DNA of 64,000 bases from an uncultured Planctomycetia bacterium (GTDB lineage: Bacteria > Omnitrophota > Gorgyraeia > 2-01-FULL-45-10 > JAHFGN01), in the NCBI GenBank assembly GCA_964354545.1, contig CAYHAE010000006.1, forward strand, positions 10,975-74,974, given 5' to 3'. How positions within the stretch are numbered: the stretch's first letter is position 1; every line of letters starts with the position of its first letter. Below are positions 28,260-38,004 of this stretch, piece after piece. Made by a program: the position numbers and the translations under genes. Under the pieces are notes generated by a model. The model saw only the letters and a program-made list of their open reading frames with translations, did no database searches and was not told the origin of the DNA.

Positions 28260-29300
28260 TTATAGTCCCAGGAGAGGCGTTATCGATTCTTTCTTCCAGC
28301 CAAAATTTTTCGCGTAAAGCAGCGACACGATATTCTCCGTCTCCTTCCGCTTCAAGATGAGGTACCCCACGATCGTTCCGATGGTGAAAGGGAAGCCCGC
28401 GAGGGCCTTCTTCACCTCTCTCAAAAGGACCTCGTAGAGAAAATTCTGCAAAAAAAAGACGTTGCTCTCGATCAGATCCTTCAGTCCCGCATAGGGGCCA
28501 AGGGCTATGCCGTCGACGACCTTTGACAACCCGTTCGTGACGTAGAAATTTCTCACCCTATCCTTCCTTATCCTCATCCCTCCGGGGATGAACCACTCCA
28601 GCATCTCCCCTATCCCTACCGCATAGTATTTCCTGAGCCGTATGAGCCAGTCGATATTCTCAATGTCTATTTCTACTCCCAAGATCTTCCTCGCAACGGC
28701 CCTGTCGGCAGAAGAGAACGATTCCACGGCTGCGGCCAGCCTCTCGTGATAATCAAAATCTAATGCTGCCTCGAGATAAAAGGTAGAGCCCCTCTCCTTA
28801 AACTTATCCTTCACTCTCAAGAGGGGTTTCTTGTAAGGAGTTTCGTCGAGGAGGAGGATGATCTCTTCCAGCGTCCCGAGGCGAACGAGCTTTTTGAAAT
28901 CTATATCGAAGCTCACTTTTTCTCCCAAAAGGTAATCCTCTACGTCCACCGGCATCTTCTTATGCCATATCCGCAAGGCCACCTTCAATTCATCGAGCTC
29001 GTACCGTTCGATGAGGAGCTCGACAAAATCCCTCTCGCTATCGGCAGGCAGGGCGAGGTATATCTTTCGATGGATATGGAGATCGTTCTTGAGAAGTTCT
29101 TTTTCGACAGACACAAGATCGACCTCCTGTTCTCCCGCGTGCCGCGCAAGGTGCCCGTATGCAGTGTCCTTGAGCCCCTCCATGACCTCGTAGATGTCTT
29201 TTGCGTCCAGGAGGCGGGAGAAACGGCCCGGGTCGATGAGGTACGAGAGCATCGCCCTCACCTTCGCGTTCACGAACGCATATTTGCCGAGCTGGTTCAT
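28260..29300 (-). CDS. V/A-type ATP synthase subunit C (d)
   Basis: YAFVNAKVRAM, EIDIENI.W..R.R, GYLILKRKE. Confidence 0.88.
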   Translation of the reverse strand: MNQLGKYAFVNAKVRAMLSYLIDPGRFSRLLDAKDIYEVMEGLKDTAYGHLARHAGEQEVDLVSVEKELLKNDLHIHRKIYLALPADSERDFVELLIERYELDELKVALRIWHKKMPVDVEDYLLGEKVSFDIDFKKLVRLGTLEEIILLLDETPYKKPLLRVKDKFKERGSTFYLEAALDFDYHERLAAAVESFSSADRAVARKILGVEIDIENIDWLIRLRKYYAVGIGEMLEWFIPGGMRIRKDRVRNFYVTNGLSKVVDGIALGPYAGLKDLIESNVFFLQNFLYEVLLREVKKALAGFPFTIGTIVGYLILKRKETENIVSLLYAKNFGWKKESITPLLGL

Positions 29301-29304
29301 GGCG

Positions 29305-29622
29305 TCAGTCCTCGATATGCATGATCCGCGAGAAGATCCGCCGCGCGATCTCAGGGATATCCTTCTCCCTCGCCTTTCGCAGCGCGGCGCTCTTATCCCT
29401 CGTCTCCCTGAGGACCTTTTCTTTCTCGGAAAGAAACGCCCGCTCAGATTCCTCTCGTCCCTTCTCGGCCGAATCCTTCGCAGAACGAATGCGTTCCTCG
29501 ATGAGTTCCCGGGATCCCTTTTTCGCGCGGAGGATGATATCCTCGGCTTCCTCTCTCGCCTTTTCTATCTTCGCCCTCGCCGCTTCTTCTTCCCGCAAGA
29601 TCCTCTCTACAACCTCTTTCAT
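29305..29622 (-). CDS. V/A-type ATP synthase peripheral stalk subunit G/H
   Basis: Highly charged coiled coil; first gene of the operon. Confidence 0.75.
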   Translation of the reverse strand: MKEVVERILREEEAARAKIEKAREEAEDIILRAKKGSRELIEERIRSAKDSAEKGREESERAFLSEKEKVLRETRDKSAALRKAREKDIPEIARRIFSRIMHIED

Positions 29623-29768
29623 CTTCGATACCCCTATAGGTGGACTGTCATTATTGTATAGTCAAACAAATGTAAAGACAAGCAGTATTTGGGATGCCCC
29701 CGGTGCCGCGCGGCTTTCACACAACCCGCAGAGCTCCGGTAACGAGATCAGCGAAAAGGGAACGTGCC

Positions 29769-30914
29769 TTACAAAAAGATAAGTCCGATACAGGCAAGCG
29801 CCGCCATAAGGGAGCCGTAGAAAAACGTCGCGGGCCCGCCGAAGAGGCCCCACAACAGCCCCCCTATGAGGCTTGCAAAGAGACTCAAAGCGCCTGTCAC
29901 AAAATGGTAGGCCCCGAGCGCAGAGGCCCGCGCCTCCTGCGGGACCAGGTCCGAGATAAACGCCTTTCCGATGCCGTCGGTCATTGCCATATAAAATCCG
30001 TAGATAAAGAATAGAGCCCACACTTCCGCTCTTTTAACCGCGATGCCGAACCCTGCATAGACGAATGCGAACACGAGATACCCGCCCGCCAGAACCCACT
30101 TCCGCGGAACCCTGTCCGACAGGGCGCCGAACGGAAGGGAGAACAGCGAGTAGGTGACGTTGTAGGCGACGTACGTGAGGATCACCAGGGTCGTTGTGAA
30201 TCCCAGGCCTTTTGCCCTTATAATGAGGAAGGCGTCGCTCGAATTTCCCAGTGCGAAGATGCTCGACACGAAGAGGAATTTTGCGAACTGGGGCCCGAAG
30301 AGCTTCAGGTTGAATTTCAACGGGACGGCGCCCGCCGGAACCCGAGGCTCGCTTTTCAGATAGATGAATATGACCGCAACCGAGAGGGCCGCCGGGAGGA
30401 ACGAAAGGAGGAATATGGCTCTAAGGTTTCCTTTGAGCATGGCGAGCAGCGCGATCGCGATGAGGGGGCCGAGGACTGCGCCGATGGTGTCCATGGCCCT
30501 GTGAAATCCGAATGCCGCACCCCTCACTTCGGGCGCGCAGGAGTCCGCGATGAGCGCGTCGCGGGGCGCTGTGCGCAGACCCTTTCCAAAACGGTCAACG
30601 AATCTCGCGATCAATACCGTAGGCCACACGTACGCGAGCGCGAGCAGCGGTTTCGCGATAGCGGAGAGGGAATAGCCGGCTGCGATGAAAGGCCGCCTCT
30701 TCCTGACCTTATCAGAAAGCCAGCCGGAGACCGCTTTGAGGAAGCTCGCGGTGGATTCGGCAATACCCTCGATGAGCCCCACTATGGCCATGGGCGCGCC
30801 GAGCACAGAGGTCAAAAATATCGGCACGATGGGATAGAGCATCTCGCTCGAAATATCGGTGAAAAGGCTTACGAAACCGAGGACAATTATGTTCTTAGGG
30901 AGCTTTTTGGACAT
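29769..30914 (-). CDS. MFS transporter
   Basis: TDISSEM, GWLSDKVRKR, DRFGKGLRTAPRDALI; about 12 TMs. Confidence 0.93.
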   Translation of the reverse strand: MSKKLPKNIIVLGFVSLFTDISSEMLYPIVPIFLTSVLGAPMAIVGLIEGIAESTASFLKAVSGWLSDKVRKRRPFIAAGYSLSAIAKPLLALAYVWPTVLIARFVDRFGKGLRTAPRDALIADSCAPEVRGAAFGFHRAMDTIGAVLGPLIAIALLAMLKGNLRAIFLLSFLPAALSVAVIFIYLKSEPRVPAGAVPLKFNLKLFGPQFAKFLFVSSIFALGNSSDAFLIIRAKGLGFTTTLVILTYVAYNVTYSLFSLPFGALSDRVPRKWVLAGGYLVFAFVYAGFGIAVKRAEVWALFFIYGFYMAMTDGIGKAFISDLVPQEARASALGAYHFVTGALSLFASLIGGLLWGLFGGPATFFYGSLMAALACIGLIFL

Positions 30915-31048
30915 ATGTATAGCCGCGTAAGAGCCATATCGACTACGAATAAAATCGAAAGTGCGAATATCGTCCGCCGAAAGCGGAAGAATTTGTTTAG
31001 GATTTTCCGTCAGAGGCGAATCAGCTGCGGCTGACGTGCTTCGAATTT

Positions 31049-31124
31049 GAGACCGTCGAAAAAGGTTCTCAACACTCGTTTGCAGTATCCGTCACGACAA
31101 AAAGAGGGGTTTTTCAACGGTCTC
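31049..31124. mobile_element. 76-bp MITE with 15-bp TIRs, inserted in a heptamer repeat
   Basis: GAGACCGTCGAAAAA / TTTTTCAACGGTCTC (14/15 match); AATTT on both sides. Confidence 0.7.
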
Positions 31125-31160
31125 AATTTTCGGATTTCGTATTTTTCACTAAGGGCTGCG

Positions 31161-32405
31161 TTACGGAGCGGGGGTCTTCACGCACTCCATCTCCACGACC
31201 TTGTTCCCTTCCATCTTCTTGATCACGCAGGTCCATCCGCCGAGCGAAACCTTCTCATTCTCCTGCGGCAGCCTTTTCAATGCGGCCCTGATATAACTGC
31301 CGATAGTGATGAATTCTTTCTCCGGCAGGTTCAGGCTGAACTCCCTATTGAGCCTCTTGAGCCTGCACCGGTCGCTCAATGCGTACCTGTCCTCGGATAT
31401 CTTCTCTATCTCAGGCCTTCTCACATCGTATTCATCCGATATCTCTCCGACGATCTCCTCCAGGAGGTCCTCCAGCGTCACGACCCCCTCGATCTTTCCC
31501 CGGGCATCGACCACTATCGCGATATGCGTCCTGCCCTTCTGGAACTCTTTCAAAAGTTCGTTCACCTTCCTCGACCCGGCGACGAACGTCGGCGGATAGA
31601 CCATGTCCCGCAGGATGATGAGCTCCCTGTGCTCCCAGAAGTTCAAAAGGTCTTTCACGTTAATGACGCCTATGATGTTATCGGGGCTGTCCTTGTACGC
31701 CGGTAACCGCGAATATCCCGACTCCAATACGGTCCTCATGATCTCTTCATATTTCGAATCGACGTTCAGCATGACCATGGCCGACTTCGGCGTCATCACC
31801 CCTCTCACGACCGTGTCGCCGAACTCGAACACCTTCGAGAGGAGCCTCCCCTCTTCTTTCCCTATCGAGCCTTCTTCCTCCCCTATCGTGATGAGCCCGC
31901 GTATCTCTTCCTCGGTGACGAGCGAGGGCTTGCTCGCCGACCCGACCCCGAGCAGTCTCGTCGCGAGGTTGATGAAGCGCGCGAGGATGTTGACGACGGG
32001 CGACAGGAACCATATGAGGAAGTCGGTGGATCTCGCGAGGAGGAACGAAACCCTCTCCGACCGCCTTGCCGCGACCGTCTTTGCGGTGACCTCCGATACG
32101 ATGATCGCCGCAGTCGCCAAGATGGTGGCAAAGACCACGCCGCGCCGTTCGTTCCCGAGGAGGTGGATCATGATCGCGGTGAGGATGGATGCGAGGAGTA
32201 CGTCGACGATATTATTCGCGACGAGTATCGTGCCAAAGAACCGTTCCGGCGTTTCCAGGATCTTTAACACCTTTTTGGCCACGGTCGAACCGGACGCGGC
32301 CAGCCGCCGCAATTTTACGCGGCTCACCGCAGTAATAGAGGTCTCGGCCGCTGCGGTCAGGGCGGCGAAGACGATCAATAGCGCGATCAAAATGGTTTCG
32401 AACAT
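31161..32405 (-). CDS. CNNM/HlyC/CorC family protein (DUF21-CBS-CorC)
   Basis: AAETSI, TILVANN, YSRLP, TLEDLLEEIVGEISDEYD. Confidence 0.93.
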   Translation of the reverse strand: MFETILIALLIVFAALTAAAETSITAVSRVKLRRLAASGSTVAKKVLKILETPERFFGTILVANNIVDVLLASILTAIMIHLLGNERRGVVFATILATAAIIVSEVTAKTVAARRSERVSFLLARSTDFLIWFLSPVVNILARFINLATRLLGVGSASKPSLVTEEEIRGLITIGEEEGSIGKEEGRLLSKVFEFGDTVVRGVMTPKSAMVMLNVDSKYEEIMRTVLESGYSRLPAYKDSPDNIIGVINVKDLLNFWEHRELIILRDMVYPPTFVAGSRKVNELLKEFQKGRTHIAIVVDARGKIEGVVTLEDLLEEIVGEISDEYDVRRPEIEKISEDRYALSDRCRLKRLNREFSLNLPEKEFITIGSYIRAALKRLPQENEKVSLGGWTCVIKKMEGNKVVEMECVKTPAP

Positions 32406-32444
32406 ACCTTGCGATGCCTCATTACGTCCCGGGCGAGCGCACGC

Positions 32445-32939
32445 CTACGCCGTCAACATGGTCCTTCTTCTATATCGTATGACGACGAACAACGTGAGAA
32501 TGAAAAGGGCTAAGGTGAGGTAGAGTATCTTATCGCCTATCTTTTCAGGGGTGAGAAAACCTCTCTCGACTACTTTGACCTTGTAGGCGTGTATATCCAG
32601 CTCTCCCTTATGTTCTTTGCATGCCCTGTTGAAGACGCCTTCGACTTCGATGATATCCCCTCGATTCTTGTAATCTCCGACGAACGCAACCTCCCTTAAA
32701 AGTTCGGTCCTGCACCAGACACCGATCGCATTATCGCCGTCATGCACGTTTATCCAGGAGTGGGCGCCCCTGCCCAGTATCGCGGTGACGGCTTCTCCCC
32801 TGTACACGACCATCCTGCCGTCCAGGTCATTCGCTTTCTCGATCAGCTCATCGCTCAATACCGTATACGCTTCGCAGCACGGCAGCGAGAATAACGTACA
32901 CAAGACGATAATAAGCCCGCATCGCACGAACCGGTTCAT
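32445..32939 (-). CDS. Exported OB-fold-like protein with a C-terminal TM
   Basis: Signal peptide, GDY..RGD.IEVEGVFNRAC.EH.GELDIH, TM anchor; overlaps the trkH stop. Confidence 0.7.
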   Translation of the reverse strand: MNRFVRCGLIIVLCTLFSLPCCEAYTVLSDELIEKANDLDGRMVVYRGEAVTAILGRGAHSWINVHDGDNAIGVWCRTELLREVAFVGDYKNRGDIIEVEGVFNRACKEHKGELDIHAYKVKVVERGFLTPEKIGDKILYLTLALFILTLFVVIRYRRRTMLTA

Positions 32940-34441
32940 TTCTTCCCCTTAATGGCGGCGATAAATATTCCGCCCAGTACAAATATCGAGATGAACTCGA
33001 GCCTCCCCGCCCACATCTGGAATATGTATACGATCTTCAACACAGCAGGCATCGACGAGTGCGTGATGCCGCAGCTTAAACCCACGTTCGCAGCAGCCGA
33101 GACGGACTCAAAGAGGGCCTCGCTCAAAGAGTACCCGAAGAACATGCCTGCGATCGTACCGAAGAGATAGAGGTTGATGTACGACAGGAAGACGAGGCTC
33201 GCGCTCCTTACGTGCCTGTCCTCCAGGATCATATCCTTGATATGGTGTATCTTCTGTATGAGGACCGCGGACTCCGGCATGACCAATTTCTTTATATCCT
33301 GGCGCAGCGCCTTATAGACGACCCCTATCCTCAACACCTTTATCGCGCCGGTCGTTGAACAGATGCTCCCGCCCACCGCCATCGCGAGCGTGATGCCGAA
33401 CATCGCCATCGGCCCCCACTCGTTCACGAACTGCCGCGGGTATATCGTGCTGTAGCCGGTCCCCGTGTGGCCTGAGATGAGCTGGTAGAAGGTCTTGCTG
33501 AAGAGAGAGAGCCTGTCGGGATAGAGGTTCGCCCAGATCGTGCCCCACGCCGTGATCGACAGGGTAACCACGATGCTCAAGGCGAGTGTCCGTATCTCGA
33601 TATTCTTATACAGCTCGCGCCTGTTCCCGGTCCATACCGCATAGTGGAGCGCAAAATTGATCGCACCCAAAATCATGATCGCAACAGTGATAAGCTCAAA
33701 AGAAAAATTATGATAGAAGAGTATGCTCTGTGACTGAGGCGTGAACCCTCCGGTGTCCCACGCCGCCATGAATATGCACACGCTGTCAAAGACGGCCTTC
33801 GCGGGCTCCAGGCCCCCTTTTATCGCAGAAAACGTCAGCGCTGCGCTTCCCAGCACAAGGTATACGATGCTTACGAGCCATATGAACCGCGCCGTCTGAA
33901 TGATGTTAGGCAGTATCTTCTCATCCCTCGCCTCGCCGACATACATGCTGAACGCCCCCGGCGTTCCCTTGAACAGGAATGTGAGCGCCATCACGACGAT
34001 CCCCTGGCCCCCTATGAACATCGTCTCGTGCCGCCAGAAGTTATAGGCGCACGCCATGTGCTCGAGGTCGTTCGCGAGGGAGAGGCCCGTGGTCGCATAT
34101 CCGCTCATCATCTCAAATGACGCGTCGAGGAACGATTTGTAGTGGCCGCTCAAGAACAAGGGGACCGCCGATACGAGCATCGCGACGATCCAGGAGAGCG
34201 CGGCGACGGCCATCGCATGCACCGTCGCGAGATCTCTTTTCGAATAGAATACCGCGGTGAGCAGGTACCCGAGGCAGAGGGTGAACGATATGCTGAAAGC
34301 GAAGTCGAGGGCGGGCTTCCATTCTCTGAAGAAAAATGCGACGGCGAGCGGGAAGACCTGGACGATCCCGAGGCCCACGGTGATCTTTCCCAAGTAATAG
34401 CCTACGAGCTTCGCGTCATCCCAATCGGGCCTCAATATCAT
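32936..34441 (-). CDS. trkH: TrkH potassium uptake permease
   Basis: FEMMSGYATTG, DTGGF, STTGAIKVLR, FESVSAAANVGLS, AGRLE; start MILRPD overlaps the upstream small ORF stop. Confidence 0.93.
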   Translation of the reverse strand: MILRPDWDDAKLVGYYLGKITVGLGIVQVFPLAVAFFFREWKPALDFAFSISFTLCLGYLLTAVFYSKRDLATVHAMAVAALSWIVAMLVSAVPLFLSGHYKSFLDASFEMMSGYATTGLSLANDLEHMACAYNFWRHETMFIGGQGIVVMALTFLFKGTPGAFSMYVGEARDEKILPNIIQTARFIWLVSIVYLVLGSAALTFSAIKGGLEPAKAVFDSVCIFMAAWDTGGFTPQSQSILFYHNFSFELITVAIMILGAINFALHYAVWTGNRRELYKNIEIRTLALSIVVTLSITAWGTIWANLYPDRLSLFSKTFYQLISGHTGTGYSTIYPRQFVNEWGPMAMFGITLAMAVGGSICSTTGAIKVLRIGVVYKALRQDIKKLVMPESAVLIQKIHHIKDMILEDRHVRSASLVFLSYINLYLFGTIAGMFFGYSLSEALFESVSAAANVGLSCGITHSSMPAVLKIVYIFQMWAGRLEFISIFVLGGIFIAAIKGKK

Positions 34442-34584
34442 CTGATGAATACCCTCCACCAGACGGCGCATACAAGGAATCCTATCACGATGACGAGCGC
34501 GATGAGGAGCAGCTCCGCCGCGATACCGAGGACGCCGTTCAGGACCGACCTCGCAAGGACCCTCATTTTAATTTTTGTGGCCAT
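34438..34584 (-). CDS. 48-aa hydrophobic membrane peptide between trkA and trkH (below the ORF-track cut-off)
   Basis: MATKIKMRVLARSVLNGVLGIAAELLLIALVIVIGFLVCAVWWRVFIR; starts 1 nt after the trkA stop and overlaps the trkH start (ATGA). Confidence 0.7.
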   Translation of the reverse strand: MATKIKMRVLARSVLNGVLGIAAELLLIALVIVIGFLVCAVWWRVFIR

Positions 34585-34585
34585 C

Positions 34586-35251
34586 TCACTCTATCTTTCC
34601 TATCAACGTATCCAAGAGCGCTTTTTCGTTCTCGATGGTAGTGAGGGCGATGACGTCATCGCCCTTCTGCAAGACGGTATCCCCTTTTGGCACGATGACG
34701 TTCTCCGCCCTTACGATCGATACGAGGACCGAGTTCTGCGGCAGGCTGATATCCTTCACCTGCATGTCCACCACGGGAGAACTATCAACAAGGTCGACCC
34801 GTACGAGCGCGAGCTTCCCCCTCTTGAACGTGAGGAGGTTTATGAAGTCCTCGAACGAGGCCTCCTCCTCGATGATCTTTGCGATGATCGTCGTTGCATT
34901 GACGGGGACATCGACTCCGAGCTCCGAGAAGACGTGCTCATTCCTCGGATTGTTCACCCGCGCAACGGTGCGGCGTATCCCGAAGACCTCTTTCGCGAGC
35001 TGACAGATGACGAGGTTGTCCTCATCGTCTGCCGTGACGGCGGCTATGACGTCCGCGCGATTGATCTTGGCCTGCTCCAGGAATTTCGGATCGCACCCGT
35101 CTCCATGGATCACCATGGCGTCCAGATTCTGCGCGATACCTTCGCACCGGCCCTTGTCCTTTTCGATAATGGCCACGGTGTGCTTGTCCGCGATCAGTTT
35201 CTGGGCTAAATTAAAGCCTACCCTCCCCGCGCCCACTATGACAATGTACAT
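34586..35251 (-). CDS. trkA: TrkA RCK (N+C) subunit
   Basis: IVGAGRVG, DDEDNLVICQLAK, TrkA-C domain. Confidence 0.93.
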   Translation of the reverse strand: MYIVIVGAGRVGFNLAQKLIADKHTVAIIEKDKGRCEGIAQNLDAMVIHGDGCDPKFLEQAKINRADVIAAVTADDEDNLVICQLAKEVFGIRRTVARVNNPRNEHVFSELGVDVPVNATTIIAKIIEEEASFEDFINLLTFKRGKLALVRVDLVDSSPVVDMQVKDISLPQNSVLVSIVRAENVIVPKGDTVLQKGDDVIALTTIENEKALLDTLIGKIE

Positions 35252-35280
35252 AGTCCCGCCCCTTCCTTTCGGCCTAAAGT

Positions 35281-35928
35281 CTACGCGAGCTTGAAGATCT
35301 TCTTCACCTTGCGCAGGCTGTCGATCGCGACGACGCCCATGATCGTGTCGTTGAGCTGTATTGCGGTATCCTTCTTCGGAATGAACACCTTCTTCTCCCT
35401 TTCGATCGCCACAATGACGAACTCTCCCGGGATGTTCAATGCCTCTATCGGCTTGCCCCTCAAGTCCTCGTTTCCCGTGATCTCTATGACCCCGATGTCG
35501 CTCGACTCAATGAGGTAGCTCGAAAACCTGTTCTCTATTATCTTGTCCCTTATCATGGCCGCGACGAGGACCGTCCCGCTTATGATATCCATCCCGAGCT
35601 TCCTGTATATCATTGCCCTGCGCGGATCGTACACCCTCGCGATGACCCTGGGGACCATGAATATCTTCTTTGCGATCTGGCTCGCCATGAGGTTCGTGTT
35701 GTCGCCGCTCGTGACGGCAACGAACGCGTCCTGGCGGTCGATCTTCAGCTCCCTCAGGAGTTTTTCGTCAAAGCCGTTCCCTACGACCGCGACGCCGTTG
35801 AAGGTCTCCCCGAGCCTTTTGAGGGATTCCTGATTCTTATCTATTATCGTGACGTTGTGACCCTCTCGCGCCAAAAGCATTGCGAGCTGCGACCCGACCC
35901 TGCCACACCCTACGATCATGATATTCAT
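35281..35928 (-). CDS. trkA: TrkA RCK (N+C) subunit, second copy
   Basis: IVGCGRVG, TSGDNTN, VIARVYDP. Confidence 0.93.
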   Translation of the reverse strand: MNIMIVGCGRVGSQLAMLLAREGHNVTIIDKNQESLKRLGETFNGVAVVGNGFDEKLLRELKIDRQDAFVAVTSGDNTNLMASQIAKKIFMVPRVIARVYDPRRAMIYRKLGMDIISGTVLVAAMIRDKIIENRFSSYLIESSDIGVIEITGNEDLRGKPIEALNIPGEFVIVAIEREKKVFIPKKDTAIQLNDTIMGVVAIDSLRKVKKIFKLA

Positions 35929-35969
35929 TCCTGCGTACCCCCATTCTGCCCATTCAGCCGGCGACCGGG

Positions 35970-36398
35970 CTACCTCTCGTCGCGTACCGCTGCGATGCTG
36001 AGACGCCGTACGCCAAGTCCATTTGTGACATCGAGGACCTTCACGACATTATGGAACCGCACACGCCTGTCGACCCGAAAGACGATGGGGAGCGACCGGT
36101 CCTTCTCGAGCAACGAGCCGAGCTCTCTCCTGAGCATCTTTATATCAACGAGCGCAGTGCCGAGATATATCTTCCCGTCCTTAGTAAGCGCGATGTTCAC
36201 CTGCTCCTGCCCCTCGAGCGAAACGGTGCTCTTCGATTCAGGTAACTTGAGCTCAACTTTCGTGAGCCTATCCGGTTTAAAGGTATAGAGGAGGCTGAAT
36301 GAGATGAAAAAGAAGATGAACATGTTCAACACGATATCCGTCATCGCGACGGATTCCAGGGCAACGATGTAGTCTTTTGTAGGCGCGATCTTTATCAT
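35970..36398 (-). CDS. exbD: ExbD/TolR family protein
   Basis: MTDIVLNMFIFFFI TM with Asp, LKLPES. Confidence 0.88.
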   Translation of the reverse strand: MIKIAPTKDYIVALESVAMTDIVLNMFIFFFISFSLLYTFKPDRLTKVELKLPESKSTVSLEGQEQVNIALTKDGKIYLGTALVDIKMLRRELGSLLEKDRSLPIVFRVDRRVRFHNVVKVLDVTNGLGVRRLSIAAVRDER

Positions 36399-36422
36399 CG
36401 TGATATAGCCGTGTGCGGGACG

Positions 36423-37103
36423 CTACGCGGTCTTCTCGAGAACTCTCGCGCGAGAGGTCTCCCGTTCAACCCCGCGCCCTCCCTCGGGCCCCCGGTTGAT
36501 CTCTGAGACGATCTCAATAAATTCCATCGAGGAATCCGACAATTCGAACGAGATATACTTTATGCGCGATATGATATAGTTACAAATAAGGTAGTAGGGG
36601 ACAGCGATGATGAGCCCCGCCGCGGTCGTGATCATCGCCTCATAGATACCCTGTGCGAGAGCGCTCACGGTGATGTTCGACCCTGCCCGCTCCCACGCCA
36701 TGAATGCCTTTATCAATCCCGTGATCGTTCCCAGGAAACCAAGGAGCGGCTCGATGCCGATTATCGATATGAGGCCGCCTATATATTCCTCAAGTTTTTT
36801 GATCTGGATGTTCCCGACGCGCTCCAGCGCCTTCTCCAGTTCGTGGACGGGGAGGCCTTTCTTTTCTATGCCCGCATGGAGCACTCGTGCGAGAGGGGCC
36901 CTGGAATGGGCGTCGCAAAGCTTGAGGGCGCTATCGACGTCGCCGTCCCTGATGAGCGAGAACACCCTTTCCCTGAATGAATCAACGTCGAGCCGTATGG
37001 ACCACAGGTGCCAGATCTTCTCGATGATTATGGCGAGCCCTATGATGGAGCCGATGATGATGGGAATCATCACGGGGCCGCCTTTCACGAGTATCCACCA
37101 CAT
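36423..37103 (-). CDS. exbB: ExbB/TolQ/MotA proton channel protein
   Basis: KGGPVMIP, PLLGFLGTITGLIKAF, GIYEAMITTAAGL. Confidence 0.92.
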   Translation of the reverse strand: MWWILVKGGPVMIPIIIGSIIGLAIIIEKIWHLWSIRLDVDSFRERVFSLIRDGDVDSALKLCDAHSRAPLARVLHAGIEKKGLPVHELEKALERVGNIQIKKLEEYIGGLISIIGIEPLLGFLGTITGLIKAFMAWERAGSNITVSALAQGIYEAMITTAAGLIIAVPYYLICNYIISRIKYISFELSDSSMEFIEIVSEINRGPEGGRGVERETSRARVLEKTA

Positions 37104-37124
37104 GGGGGACTCCTTTGCAATAGA

Positions 37125-37175
37125 TTAGCGTATAGCGTTTAGTAAATTTACTGATCCCTCACCGCTATACGCTAA
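37125..37175. repeat. Short TAGCGTA-type heptamer inverted repeat
   Basis: TTAGCGTATAGCG...CGCTATACGCTAA; same family as 14399-14509. Confidence 0.75.
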
Positions 37176-37197
37176 AGAGTGCGCTCTGCCCTTATCT

Positions 37198-37788
37198 TCA
37201 TCCCTTCACGGCGGAAAATATCGTTTCGACGACACCTTTGCGCATCATCATGACCGCGATCGCAGCCAAAAGGAGGCTCGCGATCTTCGAAACGGCCTTC
37301 GATCCGGCCTTCCCCAGTACGCGTTCAATAGCGTCCGCAAAGGTGAAGACGAGCCACACGATCACGAGGTTCACCAGAAAAGAGAGGACGGTCGGTCCTA
37401 TGCCGTAGGTGTCGACCAGGATTATCATGGTCGTGAGGACCGCGGGCCCCGTGATCATCGGCGTGCCTATAGGGACTGCGCCGACCGTATCATGCGAAAC
37501 TCTGCCTGACTTCTCCCGCCTCAATATATCCGAAAGCGATATCGCCAGAAGCACGGCGCCGCCCGCTATCTTGAAGTCAGAGACCGATATCCCCAGCAGC
37601 CGGAATATCCATTTGCCGATGAACAGGAAGACGATGCCTATAGCAAATGCCGTGATGAGGGACTGGGTAATGACCCGGGTCTTCTCGTGCCTTTTGAGAC
37701 CTTCGGTGAAGGTGATAAAAAGCGGCAGGACGCCTATCGCATCTACCGCCACAAATAGAGGTATAAATGTAAGGAGGAATTCGCGCAT
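37198..37788 (-). CDS. MarC family membrane protein
   Basis: FVAVDAIG..P, FKIAGG, VPIGTPMITGP. Confidence 0.9.
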   Translation of the reverse strand: MREFLLTFIPLFVAVDAIGVLPLFITFTEGLKRHEKTRVITQSLITAFAIGIVFLFIGKWIFRLLGISVSDFKIAGGAVLLAISLSDILRREKSGRVSHDTVGAVPIGTPMITGPAVLTTMIILVDTYGIGPTVLSFLVNLVIVWLVFTFADAIERVLGKAGSKAVSKIASLLLAAIAVMMMRKGVVETIFSAVKG

Positions 37789-37902
37789 GCACACCCTCCA
37801 TATAAGCGGAGCCCCCTTAAGGCCTAAAGGCCCGAAGGCTCCCTCCCCGAAGCAACATCCTATTCCGCAAGTTCCCATCCTCGGATTGAAAGCCAGGGAT
37901 TT

Positions 37903-37922
37903 CCTGCCTGCCGGCAGGCAGG
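37903..37922. repeat. Perfect 20-bp REP-like palindrome
   Basis: CCTGCCTGCCGGCAGGCAGG. Confidence 0.75.
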
Positions 37923-38004
37923 TGCGGAGGGGATTAATGTATTATCTTATCACTTTACTCAGGATAAGTCAAAAGGTACGCGCATATGGATTAAGATACC
38001 GGGA

